From Promethearchaeota archaeon (GTDB lineage: Archaea > Asgardarchaeota > Lokiarchaeia > Sigyniarchaeales > SOKP01): a DNA stretch of 64,000 bases. Every line of letters begins with the position of its first letter. Position 1 is the stretch's first letter. A program made the position numbers and the translations under genes. Positions 30,781-41,867 of the stretch are shown here, piece by piece. The notes under the pieces are model-generated. The model ran no database searches and was not told where the DNA came from. It was given only the letters and a program-made list of their open reading frames with translations. The stretch is from positions 224,001 to 288,000 of the forward strand of contig JAHPZA010000006.1 of the NCBI GenBank assembly GCA_019058445.1, written 5' to 3'.

Positions 30781-31506
30781 ATGAATGAAAATGTAGAACA
30801 GGCAATTAGAGAATTAGCCCAAGGAAATTTCATACTAGTATATGATGTTGATGGGAGGGAAGAAGAAGTAGATCTGGTGTGCTTAGCAGAGAAAGTTACA
30901 CCAAATCATGTGTATCATTTACGTAATGATGCTGGGGGTTTGATTTGTATAGCTATGCATGCTAAAATAGCCGAGAAATTAGGGTTGCCTTTCATGTTAG
31001 AGATTTATTCAAATGTGTTAAGTCAATATTCAATTTTTAGCAAAATTTCACCCAATGTTGCATGTCCTTATGGTGATAAACCATCATTTTCAGTTACCAT
31101 TAATCATATTGATACATATACAGGTATCACTGATAATGATCGTAGTTTAACTATTAGGGAATTTGGGCTACTTGGATCTCAAATTTATCAAAATGGAGCA
31201 AAAAGTAAATATTATAGAGATAAATTTGGAGAAAAATTTAGAGCTCCAGGGCACACACATCTATTGATTGCAAACCGACAATTGTTAAAAAAAAGATTAG
31301 GGCATACAGAATTAACTGTTACCTTAGCATTATTAGGGGGTCTTTCTCCAATTTCAGTATTATGTGAAATGTTAGATGGAACAACTGGCAAGGCACTTTC
31401 AATTAAAAAAGCAAGAGAGTATGCCAATAGAAACAAATTAATTATGGTTAAAGGTAAAGAGATTGTTGAAGCTTTTGATGAATATCTTAATAAGGTGAAA
31501 ATTTGA
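30781..31506 (+). CDS. ribB: 3,4-dihydroxy-2-butanone 4-phosphate synthase (archaeal type)
   Basis: YDVDGREEEVDL, DAGGLIC, TGITDNDR, FRAPGH, GHTE, CEMLD. Confidence 0.95.
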   Translation: MNENVEQAIRELAQGNFILVYDVDGREEEVDLVCLAEKVTPNHVYHLRNDAGGLICIAMHAKIAEKLGLPFMLEIYSNVLSQYSIFSKISPNVACPYGDKPSFSVTINHIDTYTGITDNDRSLTIREFGLLGSQIYQNGAKSKYYRDKFGEKFRAPGHTHLLIANRQLLKKRLGHTELTVTLALLGGLSPISVLCEMLDGTTGKALSIKKAREYANRNKLIMVKGKEIVEAFDEYLNKVKI

Positions 31507-31976
31507 GCAAAATAACTGTTGGTATTGTGGATACAACTTTTGCGCGAGTAGATATGGGACGCATGGCAATAAATGAAATTGAGAATACAACTAGTAATGT
31601 AAATCTTATTAGATATACAGTTCCGGGCATGAAAGATTTGCCTGTTGCGTGTAAAATTCTTTTTGATCAACATGAATGTGAAATGTGTTTAGCTCTTGGA
31701 ATGCCTGGTCCAGATGATAAAGATAAAGTATGTGCTCACGAGGCAAGCCAAGGTATTATAATGTGCCAATTAATGACAGGAAAACATATCATTGAATGTT
31801 TTGTACATGAAGATGAAGCAAAAACTCCAGATGAATTAATTAAGGTATGTGATAATAGGGCACGAGAACATGCTCAAAATGTTTTGAAACTATTATTTGA
31901 AAAAGATTGGCTAAACAAAAATGCTGGAATGGGATTAAGACAAGGGTATCCCGATGTTGGGCCAATTAAATCCTAA
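31503..31976 (+). CDS. ribC: Archaeal riboflavin synthase
   Basis: [40 protein letters not shown]. Confidence 0.95.
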   Translation: MSKITVGIVDTTFARVDMGRMAINEIENTTSNVNLIRYTVPGMKDLPVACKILFDQHECEMCLALGMPGPDDKDKVCAHEASQGIIMCQLMTGKHIIECFVHEDEAKTPDELIKVCDNRAREHAQNVLKLLFEKDWLNKNAGMGLRQGYPDVGPIKS

Positions 31977-31990
31977 TAAGGTGTAGAAAA

Positions 31991-32425
31991 ATGAGTGAAA
32001 ATAAAATTAAAATTGGGATCGTTGTTGGAGAATTCCATTATGACATTACAGAAAATATGTTAAATAAGGCTGTAGAACATGCCGAATTTTTGGGATGTGA
32101 TGTTGTGGAAGTATTTAAGGTGCCAGGTAGTTTTGATATGCCTTTAGCAATAAAAAACTTATTAGCAAAGGATATCATTGAAGGTGTTGTTTGTTTGGGA
32201 GCAGTAATTAAAGGAGACACTGATCATGATCAGATTGTTGCCCAACACGCAGCAAGAAAAATGGTAGACTTATCATTAGATTTTAATAAACCTGTCTCAT
32301 TGGGAGTTTCAGGACCTGGAATGACTAGAGTTGAAGCAGTTGAGAGAATTGAGGATTTTGCACGCCGTTCTGTAGAAAGTGTGGTCAAAATGGTAAGGAG
32401 AATACGAGATTCTAATAAAAGTTGA
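31991..32425 (+). CDS. ribH: 6,7-dimethyl-8-ribityllumazine synthase
   Basis: [33 protein letters not shown]. Confidence 0.96.
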   Translation: MSENKIKIGIVVGEFHYDITENMLNKAVEHAEFLGCDVVEVFKVPGSFDMPLAIKNLLAKDIIEGVVCLGAVIKGDTDHDQIVAQHAARKMVDLSLDFNKPVSLGVSGPGMTRVEAVERIEDFARRSVESVVKMVRRIRDSNKS

Positions 32426-32435
32426 GGTTGTTTTA

Positions 32436-33191
32436 TTGATACAAATAACTTATATTCAAATTGACAATTTCGGACCATTTACAGAAGAAATGGGTAACTA
32501 TAGAGAGCATAAAATTCAAATTCTTCTCTCAGAAATATATATTTTCTTACAAAAACAATTTAATCGCTATGGAAGTCTTGTATTTTCTGCCTCAAAAGAT
32601 AATATGATGGCGGTTTCAAATGGAATATCCATAAAGCATCATCAAATTTTTATTAATAAATTAGAAAAAAAATTTCCTATCACAGTCAGTATGGGAATTG
32701 GAATAGGAGATACCCCATTAAATGCTCAAATTGAAGCATCAAAAGCATTAATTGCTAAGGGAAGTGCACAGTCTTCAAGAAAAAAAGTACTCGCATATAA
32801 TGGTCACAAATTGCCTGTAAAAAAGAGTGTTAAAGTTGCTCACATTGATATAAATTACTATACGAAATTAGCTACAGATGTAAATCCGTTCTATAAAAAT
32901 TATATAGATTTGAATAGAGGTTATTTAACATTAATGGAAAATTTCCAAACTATAGGCATTCTTTGCTTTTTCAATGGAGGAGATAATTTTATTTGCATAT
33001 GTCCTCCATCAATGGAACCTGATGAATTAATACCAACAATAAACTTATTTGAATTTAAACATAAACCATGGAAATTGAAAGCAGGGATTGGAGTTGGAGA
33101 TACTATTTTAGAAGCAATATCTAAGGCAAATATTTGTTTAAAGGAAATACGAGAAAATCATAATACAAAACAAATTATGGTTCTAAATTGA
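32436..33191 (+). CDS. gch3: GTP cyclohydrolase III (archaeal)
   Basis: IQIDNFGPFT, RE..IQ, DNMMAVSNG, AHIDIN, GGDNF, KAGIG; context in rib operon. Confidence 0.85.
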   Translation: MIQITYIQIDNFGPFTEEMGNYREHKIQILLSEIYIFLQKQFNRYGSLVFSASKDNMMAVSNGISIKHHQIFINKLEKKFPITVSMGIGIGDTPLNAQIEASKALIAKGSAQSSRKKVLAYNGHKLPVKKSVKVAHIDINYYTKLATDVNPFYKNYIDLNRGYLTLMENFQTIGILCFFNGGDNFICICPPSMEPDELIPTINLFEFKHKPWKLKAGIGVGDTILEAISKANICLKEIRENHNTKQIMVLN

Positions 33192-33243
33192 GGTTTTTTG
33201 TGATTCAGACTTTTTTATTACTGCGCTAAATAGTGATTGTTAT

Positions 33244-33924
33244 ATGAATAATTTCGTTTTTATTCCAATCGGAAGTTATGAACAACATGGCCCTCACCTG
33301 CCTCCTGAAACAGATTATATAATTGCTAAAAAAATAGTAGAACATGTAGCTCCAACATTTAAAGGTAAGATAATTGAAGGGATTAGGATAGGCATCTCTC
33401 CAGAGCATAAAAAATTTAAAAATTCAAAATCAATTTCCAAGAAAAAATTTAAAACCCGAGTAAATAAACTTCTAAAAAATTTTAATGAAGATGCGAGGTT
33501 TTTTCTTATAAATGCTCATGGGGGAAATAATCATGTTTTACGTTCAATCCAAAAACTACATGAAGATAAAATTTTGGTTTTAAATACATTTTCAATAATT
33601 AAGAAAGAATTAATGAAAATAAGAACGTCAAGAATTGGGGGAATCTGTCATGCTGGAGAGTTCGAAACGTCAATTATGATGCTTTTATTTCCAAAAAGGG
33701 TAAAAATGAATAAATTAAAGAAAAGTGATGTAAAATATATCCCTAAACTTGATCCAAATTATAAGTTCGAGAAACCTGTAAAATGGAGAACTATAGATCT
33801 TAGTAAAAGTGGAATATTAGGCGATCCACTTCACGCTTCAAAAGAAAAAGGAGAAATATGGTTTAATATTTTAATTGAAAAAATAACATCTTTAATTGAA
33901 GAATTTATTTATCAATCAGTTTAA
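33244..33924 (+). CDS. arfB: Creatininase-family amidohydrolase, probable ArfB formamide hydrolase
   Basis: PIGSYEQHGPHLP.TD, NAHGGN, HAGEFETS, SGILGDP; follows gch3. Confidence 0.75.
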   Translation: MNNFVFIPIGSYEQHGPHLPPETDYIIAKKIVEHVAPTFKGKIIEGIRIGISPEHKKFKNSKSISKKKFKTRVNKLLKNFNEDARFFLINAHGGNNHVLRSIQKLHEDKILVLNTFSIIKKELMKIRTSRIGGICHAGEFETSIMMLLFPKRVKMNKLKKSDVKYIPKLDPNYKFEKPVKWRTIDLSKSGILGDPLHASKEKGEIWFNILIEKITSLIEEFIYQSV

Positions 33925-33963
33925 TATGATGAAATTATAAATATGAAAAAAAAATAAAATAAT

Positions 33964-35376
33964 TTAGAGGTTCATTTCAATAAGTTTTTTCTTTATTTCA
34001 ATCGCTCGTTCTTTAGATATATCATGAAATTTGATGAAGATAAGCGTACCAATTAACATAATTATTGCCGGGATTATTGAAATTTGAAGTAATAGACCAA
34101 ATTTAGCAAAATCGCTATTATCTGTACCTAATTGAGCATCATAACCTGTACTAGTAGCTATTATCGCAAAAACTAAGATTTGCCAAAAAATCGCTGTTGC
34201 AGAAAAAAATCGTAATATCCCTAGATAGGAACCTTCCTCACGAGTACCATGTTTTAAAGTTGCGTTATCAACACCTTCAGAAAAGATTGCATTAAGCAAA
34301 GCAGATGTACCAGAAACACCAATAGCCCAAAAGATATATACTAGGACTAATATGAAAAAATTGACAGCAAATATAAAACAAGCTGTACTTATCACAATTA
34401 AAATCAATGTATAATTGAAAGCTTTTCTCGATCCTATCTTTCTTGCTATTTTCATCCATATTGGTACTGACACAAAAGCCACTAAAAAGAATGTAAGGCC
34501 TGTAATAGCAGTCATTTGTATAGGTAGCCCTAAAGCATCTAATATATAGAAGGCAGTCCCAACAGTTACACAAGATACGGCTACTACATAGAGATCATAG
34601 GCTATAACTATTGCCATCCAATTTTTATCTGTTAAAGCTCTTTTTATAAGTACTTTTGGAGGTGAGGAACTTTTTCCTTCAGTATCTAAAGTGATTCGTA
34701 ACTCTTTCATTTCTTCAGGTTCACGAGCGCTTAAAAGATGCGGAATAGCAATGATTATCAGTATTATTATTGTAAATAAATTAGCATAGAAGAAAGCCAT
34801 TGGATTAGTGACTCCTCCAAACATTCCCAGTAAAACCGGACTAGTAATCGCAAACAATATCGCAACCATTCCATACAATATATAAGAATATGTGCCAAAT
34901 TTTACTCTTTGCTTTTGATCCCGTAATCTATCGACATTTAAGGCTGCAAAACTCAATTCATATAACGTTTGAAAGGCATCATAAATAATGATTATAATCA
35001 AAATCCATATTACAGCTAATAATGGATCTAATGTTACAGGAACATAGAGTAAAAGAAGACTTAATAAAGCTCCAAACAGTCCAATAACAATATAAGGAAA
35101 CCTTTTCCCATGCTTCGAGGTAAACTTAGAAGAACGATCCAGTAAATTACCAGTTAATGGATCATTTACTGCGTCCCAAATTACATATATTCCAAAAATA
35201 AGAAGAACATATAAAATTGGAATACCTATTGCTTTTAGAGCAAAAAGCTGTATATTATTTCTTATGCTCCAAAACGTATTTAAAATTGCAAGATTTAAAG
35301 CAAAAGCAATCATTTTTTTATTGCTAAAGGGTTCATATTTTGTTAACTCATCGTCTGATGACATAGTTTCCATCAC
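33964..35376 (-). CDS. MFS transporter, GPH/MelB family
   Basis: WDAVNDPLTG, HGKRFPY, TREEGSY. Confidence 0.88.
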   Translation of the reverse strand: MMETMSSDDELTKYEPFSNKKMIAFALNLAILNTFWSIRNNIQLFALKAIGIPILYVLLIFGIYVIWDAVNDPLTGNLLDRSSKFTSKHGKRFPYIVIGLFGALLSLLLLYVPVTLDPLLAVIWILIIIIIYDAFQTLYELSFAALNVDRLRDQKQRVKFGTYSYILYGMVAILFAITSPVLLGMFGGVTNPMAFFYANLFTIIILIIIAIPHLLSAREPEEMKELRITLDTEGKSSSPPKVLIKRALTDKNWMAIVIAYDLYVVAVSCVTVGTAFYILDALGLPIQMTAITGLTFFLVAFVSVPIWMKIARKIGSRKAFNYTLILIVISTACFIFAVNFFILVLVYIFWAIGVSGTSALLNAIFSEGVDNATLKHGTREEGSYLGILRFFSATAIFWQILVFAIIATSTGYDAQLGTDNSDFAKFGLLLQISIIPAIIMLIGTLIFIKFHDISKERAIEIKKKLIEMNL

Positions 35377-35819
35377 TTTTTGACCTTTTTTAGTAAATTT
35401 ACTATTACATTAGATATCTTAAGTTACTCATGATAATTTATAAATACTTATTTTTTTCTGTTCATGTAATTGTTATTTACACAATTTCCAAAAAAAAATA
35501 ACTATGTTTATATATACAATCAAATAACAGATTGATTCTATAATAATCATGACGAATAAAAAAAAACCGTAATTAACGTTTCTTTAAACAATTTAGGTCT
35601 ATATTTAAAGGTTAATATCTGATTAGCTTTAAAAAATTTTATATATAGATTATTCGTGATTATTATGTCTTATAAAAATATATTTAAATAAACATCCATT
35701 TTTCTAATACCTTTAATTGCATCGAATTTAATCCTTCTGATAACTGTTATCGAATAACTGAAACAAATGGTAAGCTTTATAGAAAAAAACTCATGGGATT
35801 TCTTAATTTTAATGGGGAC

Positions 35820-38759
35820 TTAGAAAAAAGCGTCCATTTTCTTAATCCCTTTTATTTCATCAAAAGAAATTCCGAGAGCATCAAGCACTTGCTCTAAGGC
35901 AGATTTAAGTAGTTCTTTATACTTCTTAGAATCAATATCTTGAAGTTTTGCGAGCTCGATTGCCTTTGCACCATTAGGACCTTTAGTCTTTACGAAACTA
36001 ATGGTTTCCCCTTTTTGATATTCTTTCCCTGTAGCGTTTTTTAATTCGATTGCCGCTCGGACATGTTGAGGAATGACTTTTGTATACCCCTTAAGATTCT
36101 TTTGCATAGCAATATTGATTGCATAATCTTCTAAACTAAATGCATCAGGTTTTCCTATCTTACTGAGATTTTCTTTTACAATTTCGATAATTTCACTCCG
36201 AGCTTTTGAAAATTCATTATCATTTGTTACATTTTTCAAGATCTCTAATAAACTGCCAAAGACTTTTTTAATGAACTCAGGTGTATTTTTCTTTTTTGCT
36301 ACTAAACCTTTTATATCAACATATTTAGTGTTCTTATAGATTCCTACATAGTTTTTCTTCCGTTCAGAAAGGGCTAAAAATTGGTAAGTTTTTTCTTCTT
36401 CTAAATCAAGATCAAGCTCCTCTTTACTCCATTTCGACAATTCATCCATTTGTTTATTTGTAGGGTTTAATAAAAAAACGCTGTCAGTATCGCCATAAAG
36501 AACTTGGACACCAATCTCTTCTGATTTTTTGATAGTTTGCTTGATTGAGTATTGACCTATTGAGGTTGTACTTTCAGCAACTGGTAAACAAAACAAGGGG
36601 AAATTCAAAGAACCGAAAACACCATATGAACCGTTAATAAACACTTTAAGAGCTTGCTGAATAGTATGATAGTAGCTTCGTTGTTTTTCAGTTAAATTCT
36701 TATCCCCTGATTTTGGCTTAAAATACTTTACTCTAATATCCCGGAAAAACCCAACTACATATGCAAAGATACCCATTTTATGGGTACAGGTATGGTATGG
36801 CGTTCCTTTTAGAAGGTTGTCTTCGCAATCAGTATGTGGACACAACACAGTTTCATAAGACAAGTTGTATTCCTTAATTATTGAGGGATACAAGCTTGCG
36901 AAATCCATCACGACTACATCATAATGAATCCCCGGAACAGGAGGAATAACATATGCTCCTTGAAAACCTTTTCCCTCTATTATTGACTTTTTATACCCTC
37001 CTTTTTTTACTTCAGAGATTTCTGATCGACGAGGAATAAGATTCCCTTTTCTGCGATGCTCAAAATAAAAGATATTTTGTATCCAGGTTGAAATTTGCCG
37101 ACGCACCATATCATGAATCGGCATTTTTGTAATCCTACATAATAAAATGATTAAATTCCAAACTAAGGAGTTATTGAACTTAGTTAATTCTAAAGTGAGT
37201 ATGGAATCCTTTAAATTGTACCAAGAAAGGATGTTATATTCCATATCATGGATTTCTTCTTCGTGCTGATACTTCTCTTTTCCTAATAATGCTGCGCTAA
37301 TGGCATTTAATGAACTGCTTTCATATGAACCACTAAAGGCATATCCGGAGATACTACGATTAAAGAAGAAATTAAATACATCAATATGAATCCCGTGTCT
37401 TAAATCACACTCAGCTTTAGACATAATTCCAAACCCTCGTTTTACATGAATGGGATTTAAATCTCGATCAATTTTTAGTTTTTCTGCCCTATGAAACATA
37501 TAGTTCAAATCAAAATTATCTCCATTAAAGGTAATAACTACAGGGTACTTCCACATCAACCGAAAGGTCTCAAGCAATAAGATTTTTTCAGATTTAAAGA
37601 ACAAAACCTGGGCATCTGAGGGAAAATTTTTATGAAGGTTTCCATATGAAAATCCTTCCCGTTCGAGCATATAGACTAATTTTAAACCGTCAGTGGCGAC
37701 AAAAGATATACTGATAATTTCTTGTTTCGCTTGACGTGGATCTGGGATTCTATAATCTTGGGCACCTAAATTAACTTCAATGTCCATAGCCATTCGTTTT
37801 ACATTTGGTATGGGGGTGAGAAATATATCTAAAAACTTTTCAGAAAACTCTTGAATCTCATTAGATTCCTCTTTAAATAAATCTCGTAGTTCTATGGCTA
37901 TTTTTTTAGATTCTTCATCTGTCTCTTCGAAATTTATTTGAGTAATACTACCATTTTTAATAGAATAGATTAATCCCGGTATTAATTGTCTATCAAATAT
38001 GTAATTTAAATGATATCTTATGTCTGCTTCCCATGCTTTAACATCATTTTCTCCTAAAATATTTCGAATATTTATGCCAGAACCTCCAATATTAGTAGGA
38101 GTTTTCCCATAAATTTTTGTCATGGGAATTTCTTTGTCACTTATAAGGTTAAAGCGTTTAATTTCCTCAAATCTAGTGAATCCATCATATTCGATTAATT
38201 TCAGGATTTTACTTAATTTATTATCATGATAAGTCATTTTTTTTAAATCAGTAATAGAATTCTTGCTTAAACAATAAGGTTCATGGTCAGTTGTATCGAT
38301 CCATATTTTTATTTCATCAGTATCCAAATCGTAAAACTTGCAAAAAGCTTTATTTTGTCCCCCATCATAATCCACGTCTAATAATAATCCCCTTTCTAAG
38401 TTTTCAATGATATTTCTCTTTTCAATTAAATATCTAATATATTTTGATGTGACTCCTTCTCTTTGTATTTTTTCTAGTTTAATATTACCTTGTTTTAAGC
38501 CAAATGGCTTGTCATTTCCTTCAAAGAATAGTTTTTGGGGTATTTTTGTGGTTTCCTTCAGTTTTTCCTTTTCGACTTTTTCTAGTGGTTTAGGTTTCGT
38601 TGGTTTAGTTGTTGCGGCTTTTTTTAATTTCGGTTTCTTCTCTGTTTTGGGTTTATCTTCTATTGGTTTCTCTTTTTTCGGTTTTGATTCATCAATATAT
38701 GAAAATAAAGATTTTTGCTTATCATCCACTTTTTTCTTCTTTGCCATTTTCACGACCAA
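35820..38759 (-). CDS. polB: Family B DNA polymerase (PolB1-like); probable start ATG 38747
   Basis: Exo DIE, TFNGDNFD, YNLKD; Pol DFASLYPSII, KVFINGSYG, YGDTDS, KKNY. Confidence 0.97.
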   Translation of the reverse strand: MVVKMAKKKKVDDKQKSLFSYIDESKPKKEKPIEDKPKTEKKPKLKKAATTKPTKPKPLEKVEKEKLKETTKIPQKLFFEGNDKPFGLKQGNIKLEKIQREGVTSKYIRYLIEKRNIIENLERGLLLDVDYDGGQNKAFCKFYDLDTDEIKIWIDTTDHEPYCLSKNSITDLKKMTYHDNKLSKILKLIEYDGFTRFEEIKRFNLISDKEIPMTKIYGKTPTNIGGSGINIRNILGENDVKAWEADIRYHLNYIFDRQLIPGLIYSIKNGSITQINFEETDEESKKIAIELRDLFKEESNEIQEFSEKFLDIFLTPIPNVKRMAMDIEVNLGAQDYRIPDPRQAKQEIISISFVATDGLKLVYMLEREGFSYGNLHKNFPSDAQVLFFKSEKILLLETFRLMWKYPVVITFNGDNFDLNYMFHRAEKLKIDRDLNPIHVKRGFGIMSKAECDLRHGIHIDVFNFFFNRSISGYAFSGSYESSSLNAISAALLGKEKYQHEEEIHDMEYNILSWYNLKDSILTLELTKFNNSLVWNLIILLCRITKMPIHDMVRRQISTWIQNIFYFEHRRKGNLIPRRSEISEVKKGGYKKSIIEGKGFQGAYVIPPVPGIHYDVVVMDFASLYPSIIKEYNLSYETVLCPHTDCEDNLLKGTPYHTCTHKMGIFAYVVGFFRDIRVKYFKPKSGDKNLTEKQRSYYHTIQQALKVFINGSYGVFGSLNFPLFCLPVAESTTSIGQYSIKQTIKKSEEIGVQVLYGDTDSVFLLNPTNKQMDELSKWSKEELDLDLEEEKTYQFLALSERKKNYVGIYKNTKYVDIKGLVAKKKNTPEFIKKVFGSLLEILKNVTNDNEFSKARSEIIEIVKENLSKIGKPDAFSLEDYAINIAMQKNLKGYTKVIPQHVRAAIELKNATGKEYQKGETISFVKTKGPNGAKAIELAKLQDIDSKKYKELLKSALEQVLDALGISFDEIKGIKKMDAFF

Positions 38760-38889
38760 TAGGAAAATTTGAATTAACTTTATATATGTATAAATATTAT
38801 CAGATTGATTATAATAACATCTATTCAGAGTTTAATATTTTAAAATCTAAAAAAAGATAAAAAAAAATAGACTATTGTAAATTTGTTAT

Positions 38890-40263
38890 TTATTTTGTCC
38901 CCGTGGTCATTCTGATATCTCCTAAGAGCATATAAGGAGCGAAAATAGTATTACCACTAGTACTTAACCAGGTGTTAACTTGCTTTAAATTTTTTCCCAA
39001 TGCAAGTGTATTCTCAAGCATATGGAAATGATCAGAATTTATACGGAGTTCTCGAACAGGTTCCAAGATTTTTCCCTTGTCTTTTACCAAAAACATTCCA
39101 TCTTTAGGAAGAGATGACAATGCCCCTGGAGGAGCATAACTTTGATACCGAGTATACCACGTAGATGTTACCAATAATGTAGGTTTTTCGGAAATTTCCA
39201 TTAGTTCCTCTAAATTATAATCTCCCGTGGAAAACACGGTATTTGATGGTTTAGGCATGGTAATTCCAGCGTTTGCAGTAGAAGTTTCATCTTTTCGAGC
39301 AAGAGATGTATTAGTAAAATATTGTTTTATTACACCCTTATCAATTAATACCGTTTTTTGAGTAGGAACAAGCTCATCATCAAAAGGTGAAGTATCTAAA
39401 CCATATTCTACAGTCCCATCGTCCCAAGCAGAAATTTTCTCATCAGCAATCTTATCTCCCTCTTTCTTACCAACTAACCACGAAAGACCCATTTTTTTCA
39501 CATAAGCGTTTAGTCCAATTGCAGGTGTGGGTGCTTGTAACTCCGTAGATACTTTAGGATATATGATTAGATTATAAACGCCTGGCTTCCCTTTTTTTCC
39601 ACCGATTGCTTGTTTACATATTATTCCCGCTTCTTTTCCTGCTCCTACAGGGTCGAATTTTTTATCAATATGTGTAGAACATGATAATGCTTCTCCCGTT
39701 GCATACATATCCTTTGCAAATGCGCGTATTCTAAAATTTAAGTTAGTTCTTTTATAATTCCCTTCTAATCCTTTACTATTGAATAAATAAAATTGAGCAT
39801 CTCCAAAGAAGAAAGATCCTGCAACCCTATTAGCTCCTTGAGATATACAAGCATCTGTTGCTTCTTCTACCATATCAACTGCTTTCTCTCCTAAACCAAC
39901 AACTTTAGTATCAAAAATCTTATTTTGAATCTCATTATCATACTTAAATGGACCTTCTGGTAAACGTTTATAATTAGAATTTCTTTGAGCGACATCTAAT
40001 AGTTTTTCACTATCATTTAACGTCTTTTCAATAGCTCCGGGTCGTAAATCGCTAATCATCATCTCTATTGTTCTTCTTTTTTTAGATAAAAATAAATTTA
40101 ACCTAACATCATCCCAGTTTTTATTAATGTCTATTTTATTTTCAGAAAATCTAATTTGGCTTTCGTTCCTTATTATGCCTTTTATTGCCCAATCTGTACA
40201 AAACCGTTCTAAAGTCTTTTTTGCCCGTTCCATTACTTCATTTAACTTTTCTGCCTTATCCAT
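38890..40263 (-). CDS. pmbA: PmbA/TldE family protein
   Basis: SQIRFSEN, PFDDE.VPT, lacks HExxH; follows tldD. Confidence 0.85.
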   Translation of the reverse strand: MDKAEKLNEVMERAKKTLERFCTDWAIKGIIRNESQIRFSENKIDINKNWDDVRLNLFLSKKRRTIEMMISDLRPGAIEKTLNDSEKLLDVAQRNSNYKRLPEGPFKYDNEIQNKIFDTKVVGLGEKAVDMVEEATDACISQGANRVAGSFFFGDAQFYLFNSKGLEGNYKRTNLNFRIRAFAKDMYATGEALSCSTHIDKKFDPVGAGKEAGIICKQAIGGKKGKPGVYNLIIYPKVSTELQAPTPAIGLNAYVKKMGLSWLVGKKEGDKIADEKISAWDDGTVEYGLDTSPFDDELVPTQKTVLIDKGVIKQYFTNTSLARKDETSTANAGITMPKPSNTVFSTGDYNLEELMEISEKPTLLVTSTWYTRYQSYAPPGALSSLPKDGMFLVKDKGKILEPVRELRINSDHFHMLENTLALGKNLKQVNTWLSTSGNTIFAPYMLLGDIRMTTGTK

Positions 40264-40272
40264 AGGATCACC

Positions 40273-41739
40273 TTACGCTAACCTCACATTTCTTAATCTT
40301 ACTGCGGGACCGCCAGTCCATACAGGACATCCTTGCCCAGGTTCAGACTTGCCGCAGAAAGCACCCTGCCATTCCATAGTTTCTTCCTTTCCTTGAGCAT
40401 CAATTGAACCGAACAAACCGGGAGTGGATATTTCGAGACCTGGTTTTAGAACGAAAATATTACTAATTTCCCCATTTTCAATCAGATAAGCTTCTTGACC
40501 GACATATTTTGACTGTAATCTTTTATCATCAATATTCCATTCCGTAAAAGACTTCATAAAAATCCCCAATTTAACATCTTCCACCATTTCTTCAAAAGAA
40601 AGATCACCAGGAGCAAAATAAGTATTGGCCATTCGAACTAATGGTTCTCGATCGTAGGCAACTGCTCTTGCCGCTGCGTTACTTTGAATATTAAACATTG
40701 CCGCAGTTTCTCTATTGTGTAGCATCTCATTAAAAATACCATCCTTTATTAATTCCCTTCTCCTTGCTTTCACACCCTCATCATCATACAAATAAAAGCC
40801 ATATGAACCCAGGATCGTAGGATCTTCAAATACATTTACACATTCATTTCCAATTTTATAACCAAGTTCATGTTCTTTTAAATAAGATTCACCTGCTTGG
40901 GCACCCTCTCTCCCTAAAATACGATCGGCTTCGTGTGGATGGCCACAATTTTCATGAGAAATAATTCCTGCTACGTCTGGTCCAAGAATAATGTCTATTT
41001 CACCTTCAGGAGATTTTTTAGACTTTAAGATAATATCTCCAAGCACCTTTACTTTATCTTCAACTTTTTGTTTGATATTCCAAGATGTAAATTCATCCCA
41101 TCCACCAGTCGTGCCATAGGTAGTGTATGATTGCTCATTCTTTCCTCCGGGCTGCACTCCAATTATCACTGGAATAAGGGCTATTCGGGGTACATGGCTG
41201 GAAATCTTTGAACCTTCACTCGTTATAAAATAAGTATCCCGTTGTTCTGTGATTAACACAAAAATATGAATAAAATTAACAGGATGCTTTTCAGAAAAGA
41301 TGCTTATTAAATCTTGTAAATATGTGATCTTCTCTTCTAAGGGCACCGCCATTGGATTTATCTTATATTTACTCTGCCATTTAACTTCATATGCTTTTTC
41401 TTCACTCATTTTAAGCGGGCTTTTTCTTTGAGCACCACTTCTTTTAGCAGTTTTATATGCATGATCTACACAATCACAAATAGTCTCTTTATTAAGAATG
41501 TTTGTGGCAACCATTCCCATTCCCCCATTTACTAAAAGACGAATATTTATTCCTGATTTTCTACTAAAAGCATCGGTAGTAAGTTCAATGGGTAAATTTC
41601 CCATATGCATTTTTCCATTAATAAAGATTAATATATCACTATTATTGTTTTCAAGCCTCACTTCTGCATAATCACATGTTCTTCCATTTTCTCTAGCATA
41701 TTCAAGGGCAAATTCAGCTAAATCTTTAAATTCTTCCAT
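40273..41739 (-). CDS. tldD: TldD family metalloprotease
   Basis: HENCGHPHEADR, YDDEGV, RMANT, CGK..PGQ..V..GGP. Confidence 0.92.
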   Translation of the reverse strand: MEEFKDLAEFALEYARENGRTCDYAEVRLENNNSDILIFINGKMHMGNLPIELTTDAFSRKSGINIRLLVNGGMGMVATNILNKETICDCVDHAYKTAKRSGAQRKSPLKMSEEKAYEVKWQSKYKINPMAVPLEEKITYLQDLISIFSEKHPVNFIHIFVLITEQRDTYFITSEGSKISSHVPRIALIPVIIGVQPGGKNEQSYTTYGTTGGWDEFTSWNIKQKVEDKVKVLGDIILKSKKSPEGEIDIILGPDVAGIISHENCGHPHEADRILGREGAQAGESYLKEHELGYKIGNECVNVFEDPTILGSYGFYLYDDEGVKARRRELIKDGIFNEMLHNRETAAMFNIQSNAAARAVAYDREPLVRMANTYFAPGDLSFEEMVEDVKLGIFMKSFTEWNIDDKRLQSKYVGQEAYLIENGEISNIFVLKPGLEISTPGLFGSIDAQGKEETMEWQGAFCGKSEPGQGCPVWTGGPAVRLRNVRLA

Positions 41740-41867
41740 GATATTCTAACAATTATTGTTTATAATAAATAATATAAAATCAAATAATCAATAATTCTTA
41801 TACTTTACATTCTAGCAACTATTGAAGAATTAGCCAGAAAATTCATTAGAGGAGAGAGAGAAGCTAC

